NCBI GenBank assembly: GCA_025594325.1
Contig: JANHCV010000002.1
Coordinates: 1,426,001 to 1,490,000, forward strand
Length of the DNA: 64,000 nt
Origin: Blastocladiella emersonii ATCC 22665
Lineage: Eukaryota > Fungi > Blastocladiomycota
Reading direction: 5' to 3'
Shown here: positions 32,060 to 43,492 of the stretch, piece after piece
How positions within the stretch are numbered: the stretch's first letter is position 1
Layout: every line of letters begins with the position of its first letter
Notes under the pieces: generated by a model
Databases searched by the model: none
The model's input: only the letters and a program-made list of their open reading frames with translations
Told to the model about the DNA's origin: nothing
Translations under genes and position numbers: made by a program

Positions 32060-35000
32060 ATGTTCGCTGCGCGCGTCAAGTCGCAGCTCAAGAAGGCGCG
32101 CGAGGAGCTCGGGGCCAAGCGGTACGAGGCCGCGCTCGAGGCGCTCGACGACGTGCTGTACTACGAGCCCGACAACGTCAACGGGCTCATGTTCAAGGCC
32201 GCCGCGACGCAGAACCTCGACCGCTTCGCCGAGTCGCGCGCCGCGCTCGAGCGCGTCCTCGAGCTCAACCCGGCGCTCGCCGCGGCGTGGCAGGGCCTCG
32301 AGAAGCTGTTCGAGAAGACGGGCGACACGGACCGCCTCGTCCCCGTCGTTGAGAAGCTGCGCGACCTGCACATTGCCTCGGGCGACGGCAAGCGCCTCGC
32401 CGACGCCCTCGAGCGTCTCGTGGACCTGCACTCCAAGGCGGGCGACTGGCCCGCCGCCGAGGCCGCCCTGCGCATGTACCTCCCCGGATCCCCGGCCCGC
32501 GCCGTGCTCGAGTCCCCGCCCGAACCCGCCGCCGTCCTCATGCGCATCGCCGACATGCACGAGGCCCAGGAGGCCAAGGCCATCGCCGACGACGTCAAGC
32601 GCCAGCGTGCCCTGCTCGGCGCACCGCCGCTCGCCGTCGTCCAGGCCCGCGTCGAGCGCGACGTCGCTCTCAAGTCGCAGCTCCTCGACGTCTACGAGCA
32701 GCTGTTCGCCGCGGGCCCCGCCACCGCCGAGCTGCTCGCCAAGTACATTGCCTGTCTGCGCAAACGCATCGCCGTCACTGACGACGCCACGCGCCGCGCC
32801 GCGCTCGCCGCCACGCTGCGTGCCCGCATCGACGAGGTCGTCAAGGCGCGCCAGCCGATCGCAATCGCGCTCCAGTTCTTCCTCGACCTGCACGACGCCG
32901 CCGAGCCCGCCGAGTACCCGCGCGACGTGCTCGAGTTCTACGTCGCCAGCCTCGCCGATGCCGCGCCCGCGAAAGAAGGCGACGAGGACGAGTACCTGCT
33001 CGTCGCCAAGTGGATCCTCGACGGCAACGAGCCCGCCGACCTCGTCGACCCGCAGTCCATGTTCGGCGCCACCGTCACCACCATGCTCTCCTCGGTCGAC
33101 GACCTCGTCCTTTCCGCTGGCAAGCGCGCCCTCGCCCTCGCCGCCGACCTCGAAGCGAGCATGGGCGCGTCGTTCGCCAAGGCCAAACCGACCATTCGCC
33201 TCCGCCGCGCCCAGGCCCTCGTCCTCGAGAAGCTCGCCCACGAGGCCATTGCCGAGCTCAACGCGCCCGGCGTCGACCCCACCGCTGACCCCGTCCTTCT
33301 CGCCCGCGGCGACGCCCTCGCGCTGCTCGGCGAGCACTACGAGGCTCGCAAGTGCTTCGCCAGCGTGCGCGCCGACTCGGCGTGGGCGCAGTCGTCGATC
33401 GCATGGCTTGATTTCGTGATTGGCGACTCGGACGCCGACACGGGCGCGATCGCCGCGACGCTCGCCGCCATCGACGCAAGCTCTCTGACCGGAACCCCCG
33501 CCGCCGTGCACCATTTCCGCGTCGGCCGCGTCGCGTGGGCCGCGGGGCTCCACGCCCCCGCCTACACGCACCTGCTGCAGGCCGCACAGCTCGCTCCGCA
33601 GGAGTGCTCGTCGGCGTTCACGTACCTCGGCCTTGTCTTTGCCGCGCGCGGCGACCCCGAGCGCGCCGCCAAGTGCTGGTCCAAGGCCGTCGCTCTCGAC
33701 AAGGCCGACCACGAGGCTGCGGACCACCTCTCGGCCTACTACGTCGGGCACCAGCAGTGGGACCGCGCGATCGCGGTCCTCGAGGCGTCGACGGCCGCGA
33801 GTCCCCGCGTCGCGCTCGGGTGGAAGCGCCTCGGCATGATCCTCGCCCGCACCCACAAGTGCGAGGAGGCCGCGGCTGCGCTCCAGACGGCGAACCGCGT
33901 CGATGGAGATGATCATGTCGCGTGGCAGTCGCTTGGCGAGGTGTACCTCGCGCTCGGCAAGTTCTCGGCCGCGCTTAAGGGTACGGATATTCCGCCCTTG
34001 CTCAGCTTTCAAGGCAACAACTAACGCACTCTCGTACAGTCCTGCTCCGCAGCCAGGATCTCGTCGCCAACGATACCGTGACCAACTACCTCCTCGCCGA
34101 CGCGTACTGCAAGCTCGGCCAGTACACCGAGGCGACGGCGCTGCTTGACCCCAGCTTCCCGCCGAGCGTGCTCCTCGCCGGCGAAGTGTACAGCATGCAC
34201 GCGCGCGAGGTGTTCAACCACGGCCGGTTCCCCGAGGTCGCGCGCCTGCTGACCGAGGGCATCGCGATCCTCGAGGCCAACCCGCTGCCCAACACCAAGC
34301 TGTACGCGAAACGTCTCGCCGACCTGCGCGTCCAGTGGTCGCTCGTCCCGCACCACTGCCCCGACTACGCGCACGAACTTGCGGCCGCCGCCGACCTGTA
34401 CTCGTCGGTCGAGCTGTGGACCGAGGCCGGGATCGCCCGGTACCACGCGTTCGAGCACGCGGGCGACGCCTCGTTCCTGACGGCCGCGGAGGCCGACCTG
34501 CGCGTCGCCCTCGGCCAGTCGGCGACCGCCGGGACTAGCCCCGCGTGGACCGCCGTCGGGTGCGTGTACGCGGCGCAGGGCCGCGTCGCCCTCGCGCAGC
34601 ACGCGTGGATCGTTGCCGCGCAGCTCAACTCGTCCGCGGCCGCACCGTGGCTCAACCTCGGGTTCCTGTACCTCGACCAGGGCGACCGCGAGCTCGCCGC
34701 CCAGGCGTTCCAGCACGCCACGCTCCTGCTCGACCTCGACGAGCCCGCCGCGTGGATCGGCCAGGCCATGGCAGCCGACGCCGCGAGCGAGCGCGGCGCC
34801 GAGATCCTGCACCACGCGTGGCGTACCGGCGCCTGGCATACGCCCGCGCTCGCGCGCGTGTACCTCGCCAACGCCGCGCTGCGGCAGACCAACGCCGTCG
34901 AGGCCGAGGTCGCCGCGCACCGGTGGACCGAATACGCGCCGTCCGACGCGGCGGCGTGGATCGCGCTCGGGTGCGCGCAGGAGCGCACGGGCAACGCGCG

Positions 35001-36534
35001 CGGCGCCGTGGCGGCGCTCAAGACGGCGCTTAAGCTCGACCGGTCCAACGCTGCCGTCATCGGCAACCTCGCGCGGTGCCTCGCCGCGTCCGACCCGAAG
35101 CGCGCCATCGACCTGCTCCGCCGCGTCCCCGCCGCGCAGCGCGACGCATGGGGCTGGTCGGCCGCGTGGACGCTCGCGCTCGCCGAGCACCACAGCGCCG
35201 GGCACGCGTCGCCCGAGTCCCTCGCCGCGTGCCTCGCGTACCCCGCCGATACGGTCCCGCCGGCCGCGCGCGTCGTCCTCGCGCAGCTCCTGTACCGCGC
35301 GGGCGAGACGGCCGCGATCCCGTCGCTCGTCGCCGATACCGCGCCCGCGGCGCTGTGCGCGCTCGGCATGGTCACGGGCGACGAGACGCACATCGCGGCG
35401 GCGTTCGCGGCCGCGTCGCCCACCGAGACCCAGTACCTCACGTCCATCTACCAGGTGCTCCAGGGCGACCTCGTGGCCGCGCAGCGCGCGCTCGAGCGCG
35501 CCGTCCACATGTTCCCTGGCGACCCCAACGCCGTCGCGCGCCTCGCCCGGTTCCTCGTCCGGTACTCGGGCGCCCGCGCCCAGGTCCCGCTCGCCCTCGC
35601 CGTCGCGGCCCACGAGCGCGGCGCCGGTGAAGCCAAGACCGACGCCGGCGGCGAGCTCCAGGGCCTCGCCCTCGCCACATCCGGCCTACTCGCCGCCGGC
35701 CACACGGCCAAGGCGTGCCGCATGGCCCAGCGCCACGCGTTCATGCGGCCGAGCTCCGCGCGCGCGTGGCGCGGCGTCGTGCACACGGCGCTCGCGTGGA
35801 ACGCCGAGTCGCCCGCGGCCGTCGCCGACGAGACCCTCGCGCGGATTGTTCTCGCGGACCCGTCCCCGTGCGCGCCGCCCGACTCGCCCAACGCGTTTGC
35901 ACACCTCCTCACGTCCGCGGTCGTCCTCGCGCTCGGCGACCCCGCCGTCGCCATGCAGCACGCCGAGGCGGCCGTCGCGGCCGCGGGCGTCGACGTCGCC
36001 GCGCTCCCCGCCGTCTACCTGCGCCAGCTCGCGCGCGTCCTCGCGACGCACGGCGAGGCCGACGCCGCCCTCGCCATGCTCAAGCGCGCCATCGACGACG
36101 CACCAGCCGCGGCCGACCCTGTCGCCGGCGCGACCCGTGCTGCGGCGTGGCTCGAGCTCGCGGACCTGTACCGCCGCGTCGGCTGGGTCCCTGCCGCCGC
36201 AGCCGCGCTCGACGACGCCGCAGACCATCTCGTGGACCTTCCGGCCTCCGCGCGCGCGGTGATTGCCGCCGCGGCGAGTGTTGCCCAGGGACTCTCGGTG
36301 CCGACGGCGCAGCACGCGCTCGCGGCCGCCCGCAGCGGCGAGGCCGGCGAGATCGAGCGGTCCGGACCGCTCACGGTGCTCGAGGAACAGGCCCGCGGGC
36401 TCGTCGCCGTCGCGTGTGCTCGAGCTGGGTTCGCGGCGCGCGCGACTAAGATGATGGCGGGCGTCGCGCGCGCGGACCTCGTTGACGCGTTCCTCACGAG
36501 CGGTGGCGCGATGGCGGTCGACGCGAGCGCGTGA
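32060..36534 (+). CDS. SKI3: Ski3/TTC37 TPR scaffold (SKI complex)
   Basis: N-terminus VKSQLKKAREELGAKRYEAAL...VLYYEPDN...NPALAAAWQGL resembles yeast Ski3. TPR repeats run throughout. Intron 33981-34039 joins the two ORFs in frame. Confidence 0.85.
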
Positions 36535-37210
36535 GGTTTGGGTGCTTCAGAGACGAATACATAGTTTTGAGTCTGTCTCCAATATTTATGTCATGCCGTT
36601 CTCTTGCAGCGATAGCTCGCTCAACGGTACACTGGGGAGTGAAAAGATCAAGTCCGTAAGCCCCATGCCGACAGGTCAGGTGACCTCACCCGACTCAGGA
36701 CGCACTGCCCCGACACTGCTGCGCCACGCGTTCCTGCCCTGCGCGCGCCGGCGGACGCGCTCCATAAATCTCGCCGCGCTCCTCGCCCTCCACTTTCTGT
36801 TCAGTATCCAAATCAGTAGCGGAAATCTTATCTGTAAGGGTACCTACGGGGCCCTAACAATAATGTTTTTCTTTCCTGTGAAGAATGTGGGATGGTCGAC
36901 TTCTCTGAAGATAAAAAGACCCCTTGCCGTCAAAAGGTCCGACGTGTGAGGAATTCCGAGGGCTTACGCTACATGTTTTGCTACTTTGGCCTTTATTGTC
37001 GAGCTTCGGCTCTGGTGATCTGTCGCCGTATCGAGTTCACCCGCGTAGTGCACGGATCGTGTCCGACGCATGTGCTCGCGGTTGGGATGTAGCATACTCT
37101 GACCGCAACACCAATCTGCCCTTAACATCGTTCCCCTCAACCTTCGGTGAGCACTGACCACTCGTTAATCGGCGTACGGTGTAGGCCTGGCCCACAGCTG
37201 CACGGTCTCG

Positions 37211-37310
37211 GCAGGACTATGAGACATGAGGTCGAGAAGGCAGGACTATCAGAATTGAGGTTGAGACGGCCGGACGATCAGTGTTGAGGCCGCGAAGGCA
37301 GGACGATCAC
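37211..37310 (+). repeat. Degenerate 29-bp tandem repeat, ~3.4 copies
   Basis: Units start at 37211, 37240, 37269 and 37298; consensus roughly GCAGGACKATCAG..TTGAGG.CG.GAAG. Confidence 0.8.
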
Positions 37311-38001
37311 AGAGCTAAGTGAGAGCAAGAGTGGTCCACTTCACCTAGTTCATGGTGCGGCACCAAAGAACGCATGGGTGGAACTAGGCGTGATCGTCCT
37401 CGTACGGACGACGCTGGACGCGGAGCGTGCAGCCGCTGGCCAGCAACTCGTGGGTCGAGCCAAGCGGTTGTGGCGCGCGATAATCCTTCTCGACGAGAAG
37501 CAGGTAGGGCGAGCTCAGCGGGTGGAGCAAGCGCTCCGTCGTTGCTGCTGCGGCCCGACTAAGCTTACACGGCTGTCCTGGACTGAGAAACGACCGACCT
37601 TTGAGATGGCGACGGCGAGGCTCCGAGTCCCAGTTAGACAAGTTGCATGAGGTGCCATCTCAAAACCGAGAGTGTAGACGAAGCGCTCATGGAGATCGCG
37701 GAGGAGCGGCCAAGGAGGCGTGGCGCCCAAATCTTGGGGAGGGAATGTGCGACCAGGCCAAAACGCGACGCGACGAAGGTGGCGCAGCGATGCGCTGTGC
37801 TGCGCCACTCACTTTCACAGAGTCACCTGAGATCTGCTGCTTTCGCATTGATCATCATCTCAAGCAGTGCATAGCGAGGGTGCAAAGCAGTCCAAGCAAG
37901 GAAATGGAGTGGGATCGCCTATAAATCCCAGCCGCCCTCCCTGCCTCAGCACTCGCTCCTCATCCTTCGTTCAATTCGACTACCATCGTTTGTAACACAC
38001 C

Positions 38002-38251
38002 ATGTCTGCCCAGATTGCCCTCGCCTCGTCGTCCTCGTCGTCCAAGGTGTTCTCTTCCTCGGCCAAGCTGCCGCTCAATGGCACCAGCATCAGCATGCCC
38101 AAGAGCAAGACCATCAACAACGAGTGCGCCGATTCGACTCCGACCCCCAAGGTCGGCACGCTCAAGGACCGGTTCGAGCAGCTCGTGCCTGCTCCCGGCT
38201 CGCCCACGACTCGTTCGCCCGGCTCGCGGTCCAAGGACCAGGTTCACGTCA
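38002..38251 (+). pseudogene. 5' half of a host gene interrupted by the Helentron
   Basis: TATAAA at 37920 and ATG 38002 (MSAQIALASS...SKDQVHV). The frame runs into the element 5' end at 38252. Confidence 0.7.
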
Positions 38252-38822
38252 TTCTCAGCTGTAGCTTTAGCGAAGCTGAGTTTCTGTGGGAGCAATTGAA
38301 ACCTATCAGGCACATCAACCTTGCTCTTGTGGTCACATGAGTGGCTCAGTGACCGTTTTCGATTTTCGTCGCGCGACGAGTTCCGTTGTTTTTCGCTTTC
38401 ACTTCATTCCGACCCCTGCAACGTAAATCTGGACTGTGCTTTGCCTAGTCCCCAACAGTTCGAGGCTGTTCACTTCGAGGGGAGCGAGGTCCTGTGCAGC
38501 GGTTCCCGTGCGCAGGCGCGACGAGACGGACCTCGCTCGAAACTGACTGTTCAGCATCACGTGACCTGACATCAATCCTGTCTGGCTGCATTTTCGCGCC
38601 CTCGGAAGCTCTCCCACTCCACGCCCGCTCGCTCGCGCTTGCCGCTGCTCGTCGACGCTCTTTGAGACCTCCTGTGCTGACCAGCTCTTTACCCGCCACT
38701 CCTACCCCATGCAGCGCTTAATACTTCGCGATCCGGCGTCTGCCTGGCCGCCATGCGGCCACATATAAAGGCGCGCGGGCCGCCGCTGACAGTCCTTGCT
38801 CTCCTCCACCACTCGCAACACC

Positions 38823-40354
38823 ATGAACTTCTCTCCCACGTTCTCGCTGCGCTGCTCGTCGCGCTTCACGGTTCTCTCCAAGCTTCCGTCTCCGCCGTCA
38901 AGCCCCTTCCTCTTCTTCAACAACGAGATCCCCGTCCGCTACTCGCCTGGTGTTCCCCTCATCAACGCCAACGCCTCAACCGATCCGCTCGGCTTGCTGC
39001 AGGCCACGGCCGTCGCGTACCGCGGCAGCCTGCTCGTCGGCAACTCGTACAAGGCCGACGGCTTCATCAAGATTGACGTGTGCCCGTCCGTGATGGCTCC
39101 AACCTTTGACGCCCCCAAGACGCTCGTGTTCTACCTGATCGCTTCCAGCCTGCTCGGTCAACTCGACCCCGCCATCTGCTACCCCGACCCCGCAATCATC
39201 AGCGGCCTGTTCACCTTTGGTTTGGTCGTCCTCATCGATTTGTTCCCTCACCGCGCTCACACACATCTCCCACTTCTAGGCGGCGGCAAGACGTTCGCCA
39301 TGTGCCAACCCACGCTTGAACTGGCCCAGCCCATGACCGTCATGAACGGCACGTTGCAGTTCCTCAACCCGACGCACCGCGGCCAGCCTGCTCCCCGCGC
39401 AACCACGTGGTCCATGAGCTGTGTGATCCCGACCAACCGGTACGTCCTGATCCGCTGTTCGACTCTTCTGCGAATCTTCTCACTCACGAATCGATGTGCA
39501 GTGTGCATGGCAGTAAGGGCCTGTGGGTGATGGGCAAGACCATGCTCGTCTCTGGCCCGCTGTTCTGTGGCTTCGAGGGTGCGGCTAACAATGACCACTT
39601 CACCATGTCCTTGTCCGTCGCCTTCTTCATCACCGAGATGCGGTCGGTCGCCACTGCGACGGCTCCGCCTCCTTTGCAGGGCCCCAACGGTCCGCCCATG
39701 TTCACGGCCAGTCCCTCGTTGCCCGCCAAGATGGTTCCCGGCGCTGCGGCCGCGCCCGCTGCGCTCGTCCCGCTCATGGCCGCGTGCACCACCCGCTCGC
39801 CAACTTCCACCTCGGCGTCCATCAACGCGCCGTCGGGCGGCACCACGTTGGGCAGCACCACGTCTGGCAGCGCCACGACGCCGTCAGGACCCGCGGCGTC
39901 AGCTGTCGTCCAGGAGCTTGACATCAACCTGCAGGAGTGGGATGACGTCGGCAGCGAGTCCGACATGACCGTGGTTCCCGCGTTGTTGTCCGCCGTGACC
40001 AAGAACAAGAACATCACCAAGATCGTCGTCAACTCGGAGGCTGATGAGGAGGTCGACGCCGACGAGGAGGAGAGCAAGTGCGAGTTGGGCCCGTTGTCAT
40101 TGTCAAGCCGCGCACGCAAGATGGCCACCAAGGCCAAGGGCCGCGACAAGAACAAGACGGTCAAGACCCCGCCAGCCTCGCCCACCAAGCGTACCCGCAC
40201 GTCGGCCGTCAAGGGCAAGTCCGGCGCTGCCGTCCCTGCCGCCCAAGATGACGACGAGGCTGACGACGACGACTCAGCGACCCCGCCGGCCTCGCCAACC
40301 AAGCGCGCGCGTCGCGGTCCCGCCAAGGGCAAGGGCAAGGACCGCTTGGCCTGA
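38823..40354 (+). CDS. Element-borne gene (3 exons): beta-rich N-terminal part, possibly OB-fold ssDNA-binding, plus an acidic/basic disordered tail with NLS-like TPPASPTKR x2
   Basis: TATAAA at ~38764, ATG 38823, and introns 39220-39279 and 39440-39501 give an uninterrupted frame. The fold assignment is inference. Confidence 0.6.
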
Positions 40355-40609
40355 TCCTGATCCTGTTCCTTCCTTCGTTTCTTTCGAAAAATACTTCTGC
40401 TGTCTGATATATTCCAAACTCTTTTTCTTCCAACTGGTTACTACTCGAATTTGTGAGGTGCTCGTTGACTGGCGAGCTCAAAGAGTTTACCCCTGAACTC
40501 TGAGAACGCGTTTCAAAGACGCGTTGCGTGACGCGTCGCGTTGGCGCTCGCGTTCGTGTTCTCACAACTGTGACGCGCGACGCGCAACGCGAAGAGCCCT
40601 CGCTTCTCT

Positions 40610-41450
40610 GTGCTCATGGTCACGCTCAGCGAGGCCGGCACGGGAAAATCTTGGGTCATCAACTCGCTTTCCCAGATGTTCGCAGCACACGGTCGCTCAG
40701 ACATGCTCCTCATTGCGGCTCCGACTGGCGTTGCGGCTTCACCAATCAACGGAGCGACATTGCACTCGACATTCAAGCTCCCAAATCATCCGCCGCTTGA
40801 GTCGATTTCCAGCAAAGTGGCTCACGAGGCCAGGACTCGACTACGGCCTGTCAAGTTTATCCTCATTGATGAAATCAGCATGGTTGGGGCCTCAGTTCTT
40901 TCAATGATTCACACGCGCCTGATTGAGCTTTTCCACGAGAGCCGCGACCTTCCCTTCGCTGGTTGGCATGTCCTTGCATTTGGCGACTTCATGCAGTTCC
41001 CGCCCGTTGGTGCAACGTCACTGTGCACCGCCCAAGAAGTACCACGGGAACCCGAACTTGTCACCAACGAGTTTCTCGGCCTGCACGTCAATGGCGAACA
41101 AGTCCAGAGCGAACCTTCGAAACCTCAAAAGAAAAGGTCTTTGAGCGCGGACGCTCTAAACCAAGCGGTGGACCTTTTGGCGATCGCAGTTCCCCATTGA
41201 GCTGAGCTACGCGATCACAGCGCACAAGGCGCAGGGGATGACCCTGAACAAGGTCATTGCCGACTTCGGCGACCCCAAGCTCCCGCATCGTTTTCCTGCC
41301 TGGTACCCGTACATGGTCCTCTCTCAAGCGCGCAGGACCGAGGACATCCTCATCATCCGGTTCAACAGTCGGGTTCTCGTGCAGAAGGCATTACAGCACG
41401 TGGCGAAGGACATGGAGCGACTGTCCCTGCTGAGCAGGATTGAGAATTGA
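40610..41450 (+). pseudogene. PIF1-family helicase remnant of a RepHel transposase
   Basis: Motifs EAGTGKS, APTGVAA, IDEISMV and GDFMQFPPV, then after an internal deletion/frameshift QFPIELSYAITAHKAQGMTL and YMVLSQAR. The stop lies ~45 nt before the 3' subTIR. No Rep (HUH) domain is seen. Confidence 0.9.
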
Positions 41451-42658
41451 TAAACTACTTCACTTTCACCAACTGAAACAGTCTCAAGAAGCCAAGTAAA
41501 GCTACAGCTGAGACCCAAGTGTGTGCGCAGCACACACACCTAGTAGATTTAATTTGCGGGATGTGGGAGGGGTCGAGACTTAGTGCTCTAATTCGCCATC
41601 CACCCGGTGCTTGGCGGCGGACACGTCACGCCCTTGCAGCTCCCTTGCGTTGCAGCCCGTCAAACCCAAACCCCTTGCGATCGCGGCTCTAGATCAAATT
41701 CCCCACACTTGTAAGATAACGGCCATACGTTGCAGCTTTTGTCCACATCAGCTTGGTCGAGGTCAACGGTTTCCGCGCTTGAAGGAGCAGCGCACACAGG
41801 TCGCGTCCGATTCTCAGCTATGGGCCTTACGTCCGTCTCACTAGTAATACGGGTGGGATGACCGAGCCGCCAGGACGAGTGAAAACGGGTGCAAGGATGG
41901 GGGAGAGAAGTCGTACTCGTACTGCTCGAGCCTAAAGAAGTAAGCCGCCCGGCCTGCCTGGGCCATGGATGGACGACGCGATGCGCCACTTGCGTGATAT
42001 GGCGGTGCCAATGATATCTCCCTGCCCTGTTCTCGCTTTCATGGACACAGTTTTTCTCCACTCGCGCGTCCAAACCGTAGCTGACCAATTCATGTGTGAT
42101 GCGCTCAGAAATTCGGGTACTTTGACCATATACCTGGGCTTCAATCATGCTACTTCGATCGACTCACTCTCGCGCCGGTAGCCATGTGAAAATCGCCGCG
42201 TCGTTCAAGCAGCGTCGACGCCCTGGGCTGCGCCACCCCGTGGCTGAGCCACCGCCACTCGGTCGCGTCCCCATTTTCCTTTTCGACGCCTCGAACCCGC
42301 GTTCCCTCCCGCTTGCATTCCGCTTTCCACTTTCCGAATCTGCCGTTGACAGCGGCCAGTGCACCGGATTGCGGCCGAATCCGCAGCGGCCGCTAACCGC
42401 AGCCGCAGCTTTCCGCTGGAACTGCGGCGCACTGCGGCGCCGCCCCCGCGTCTGTGAACCACACGCCGTGGCGCTTCGCCGCTACGTCCACGTTCCGGTG
42501 CGGAGCGCTCCGTTACCATGTGCAACGTCTCATCGGCATGCAGCTCCGGACCGTATAAGAACGGGCTGCTTCCCCGCCGCCTCAGACCGAGTTGATCATC
42601 AGCTCCTCATCCAGCGTCACCAACACCCACACCAAACCCACACCTCCACGTCTTCAAG

Positions 42659-43492
42659 ATGACCTTCGGCCCGATCTTCGTCCCGTCCTTCCAGTCTCAG
42701 TCGCAGTCGCAGTTCCAGAACCAGTGGGGCGGCAACGGCGCTCAGCAGCAGTCCCAGTCGCAGTCGCAGACCCAGTTTGGCGGCAACGGCTCGCAGTCGC
42801 AGTCCCAGTCGCAGACCCAGTTCGGCAACGGCGGAAATCAGTCCCAGTCGCAGTCGCAGTCGCAGTTCCAGGGCCACAACTCGGTCGATCCCGCACAGCA
42901 GAACCAGTCGCAGTCGCAGACCCAGTTCGGCAACGGCGGTACCCAGTCGCAGTCGCAGTGGCAGTCGCAGAACAGCGGCAATGGCGCGCAGAACCAGTCG
43001 CAGTCGCAGACCCAGTTTGGTGACCATGGCGCTCAGTCGCAGTCGCAGTGGCAGGGCCAGTGGGGCGGCAACGGTGCCCAGAACCAGTCCCAGTCGCAGT
43101 CGCAGTTCGGCGACGGCGGTGCTCAGTCGCAGTGGCAGGGGCAGTGGGGCGGGAACAACTCGGGCGACGCGGCGCAGCAGCAGTCGCAGTCGCAGACCCA
43201 GTTTGGCGATCACGGCGCGCAGTCGCAGGCCCAGTCGCAGTGGCAGCAGAACCACGGCGGCGACGCGTTCCAGGCCCAGAACCAGTGGCAGCAGCAGGGC
43301 CAGTGGGGCAACCACAGCTCGACCGACGACGGCGGCTCGCTCATCGTTGGCGGCGATCCGGCGACCTGGGGTCCGTCGCCCATGGACGGCGGCGGCAACG
43401 GCGACTTCCACCACCTCCTCCCGACCCCGCACCACGGCGACGTCGGCGGCGACGTCATGACGCTCCTCCCCGTCCACCACAACCTCATGTGA
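42659..43492 (+). CDS. Q/S/G-rich repeat protein (prion/amyloid-like), no signal peptide
   Basis: TATAAG at 42554. About 13 units of ~15 aa of the type QSQSQTQFG(N/D)xG and QSQWQGQWGGNG, followed by a short non-repeat His-rich tail. Confidence 0.8.
   Translation: MTFGPIFVPSFQSQSQSQFQNQWGGNGAQQQSQSQSQTQFGGNGSQSQSQSQTQFGNGGNQSQSQSQSQFQGHNSVDPAQQNQSQSQTQFGNGGTQSQSQWQSQNSGNGAQNQSQSQTQFGDHGAQSQSQWQGQWGGNGAQNQSQSQSQFGDGGAQSQWQGQWGGNNSGDAAQQQSQSQTQFGDHGAQSQAQSQWQQNHGGDAFQAQNQWQQQGQWGNHSSTDDGGSLIVGGDPATWGPSPMDGGGNGDFHHLLPTPHHGDVGGDVMTLLPVHHNLM

Larger units (their letters stand above)
38252..41543 (+). mobile_element. Non-autonomous Helentron/Helitron2-type rolling-circle element, copy L (3292 bp)
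   Basis: 5' TT, then 17-bp subTIR TCTCAGCTGTAGCTTTA (38253-38269) with hairpin CTCAGCT/AGCTGAG. The reverse-complement subTIR is at 41497-41513, followed by hairpin GTGTGTGC-GCA-GCACACAC (41519-41537) and CTAG|T. Internal PIF1 remnant. No TSD. Confidence 0.85.

Noticed and set aside
37211-37310. CRISPR-like array (also considered for 56176-56611 and 6881-6961)
   Set aside because: The repeats are contiguous with no unique spacers, there are no cas genes, and the context is eukaryotic.
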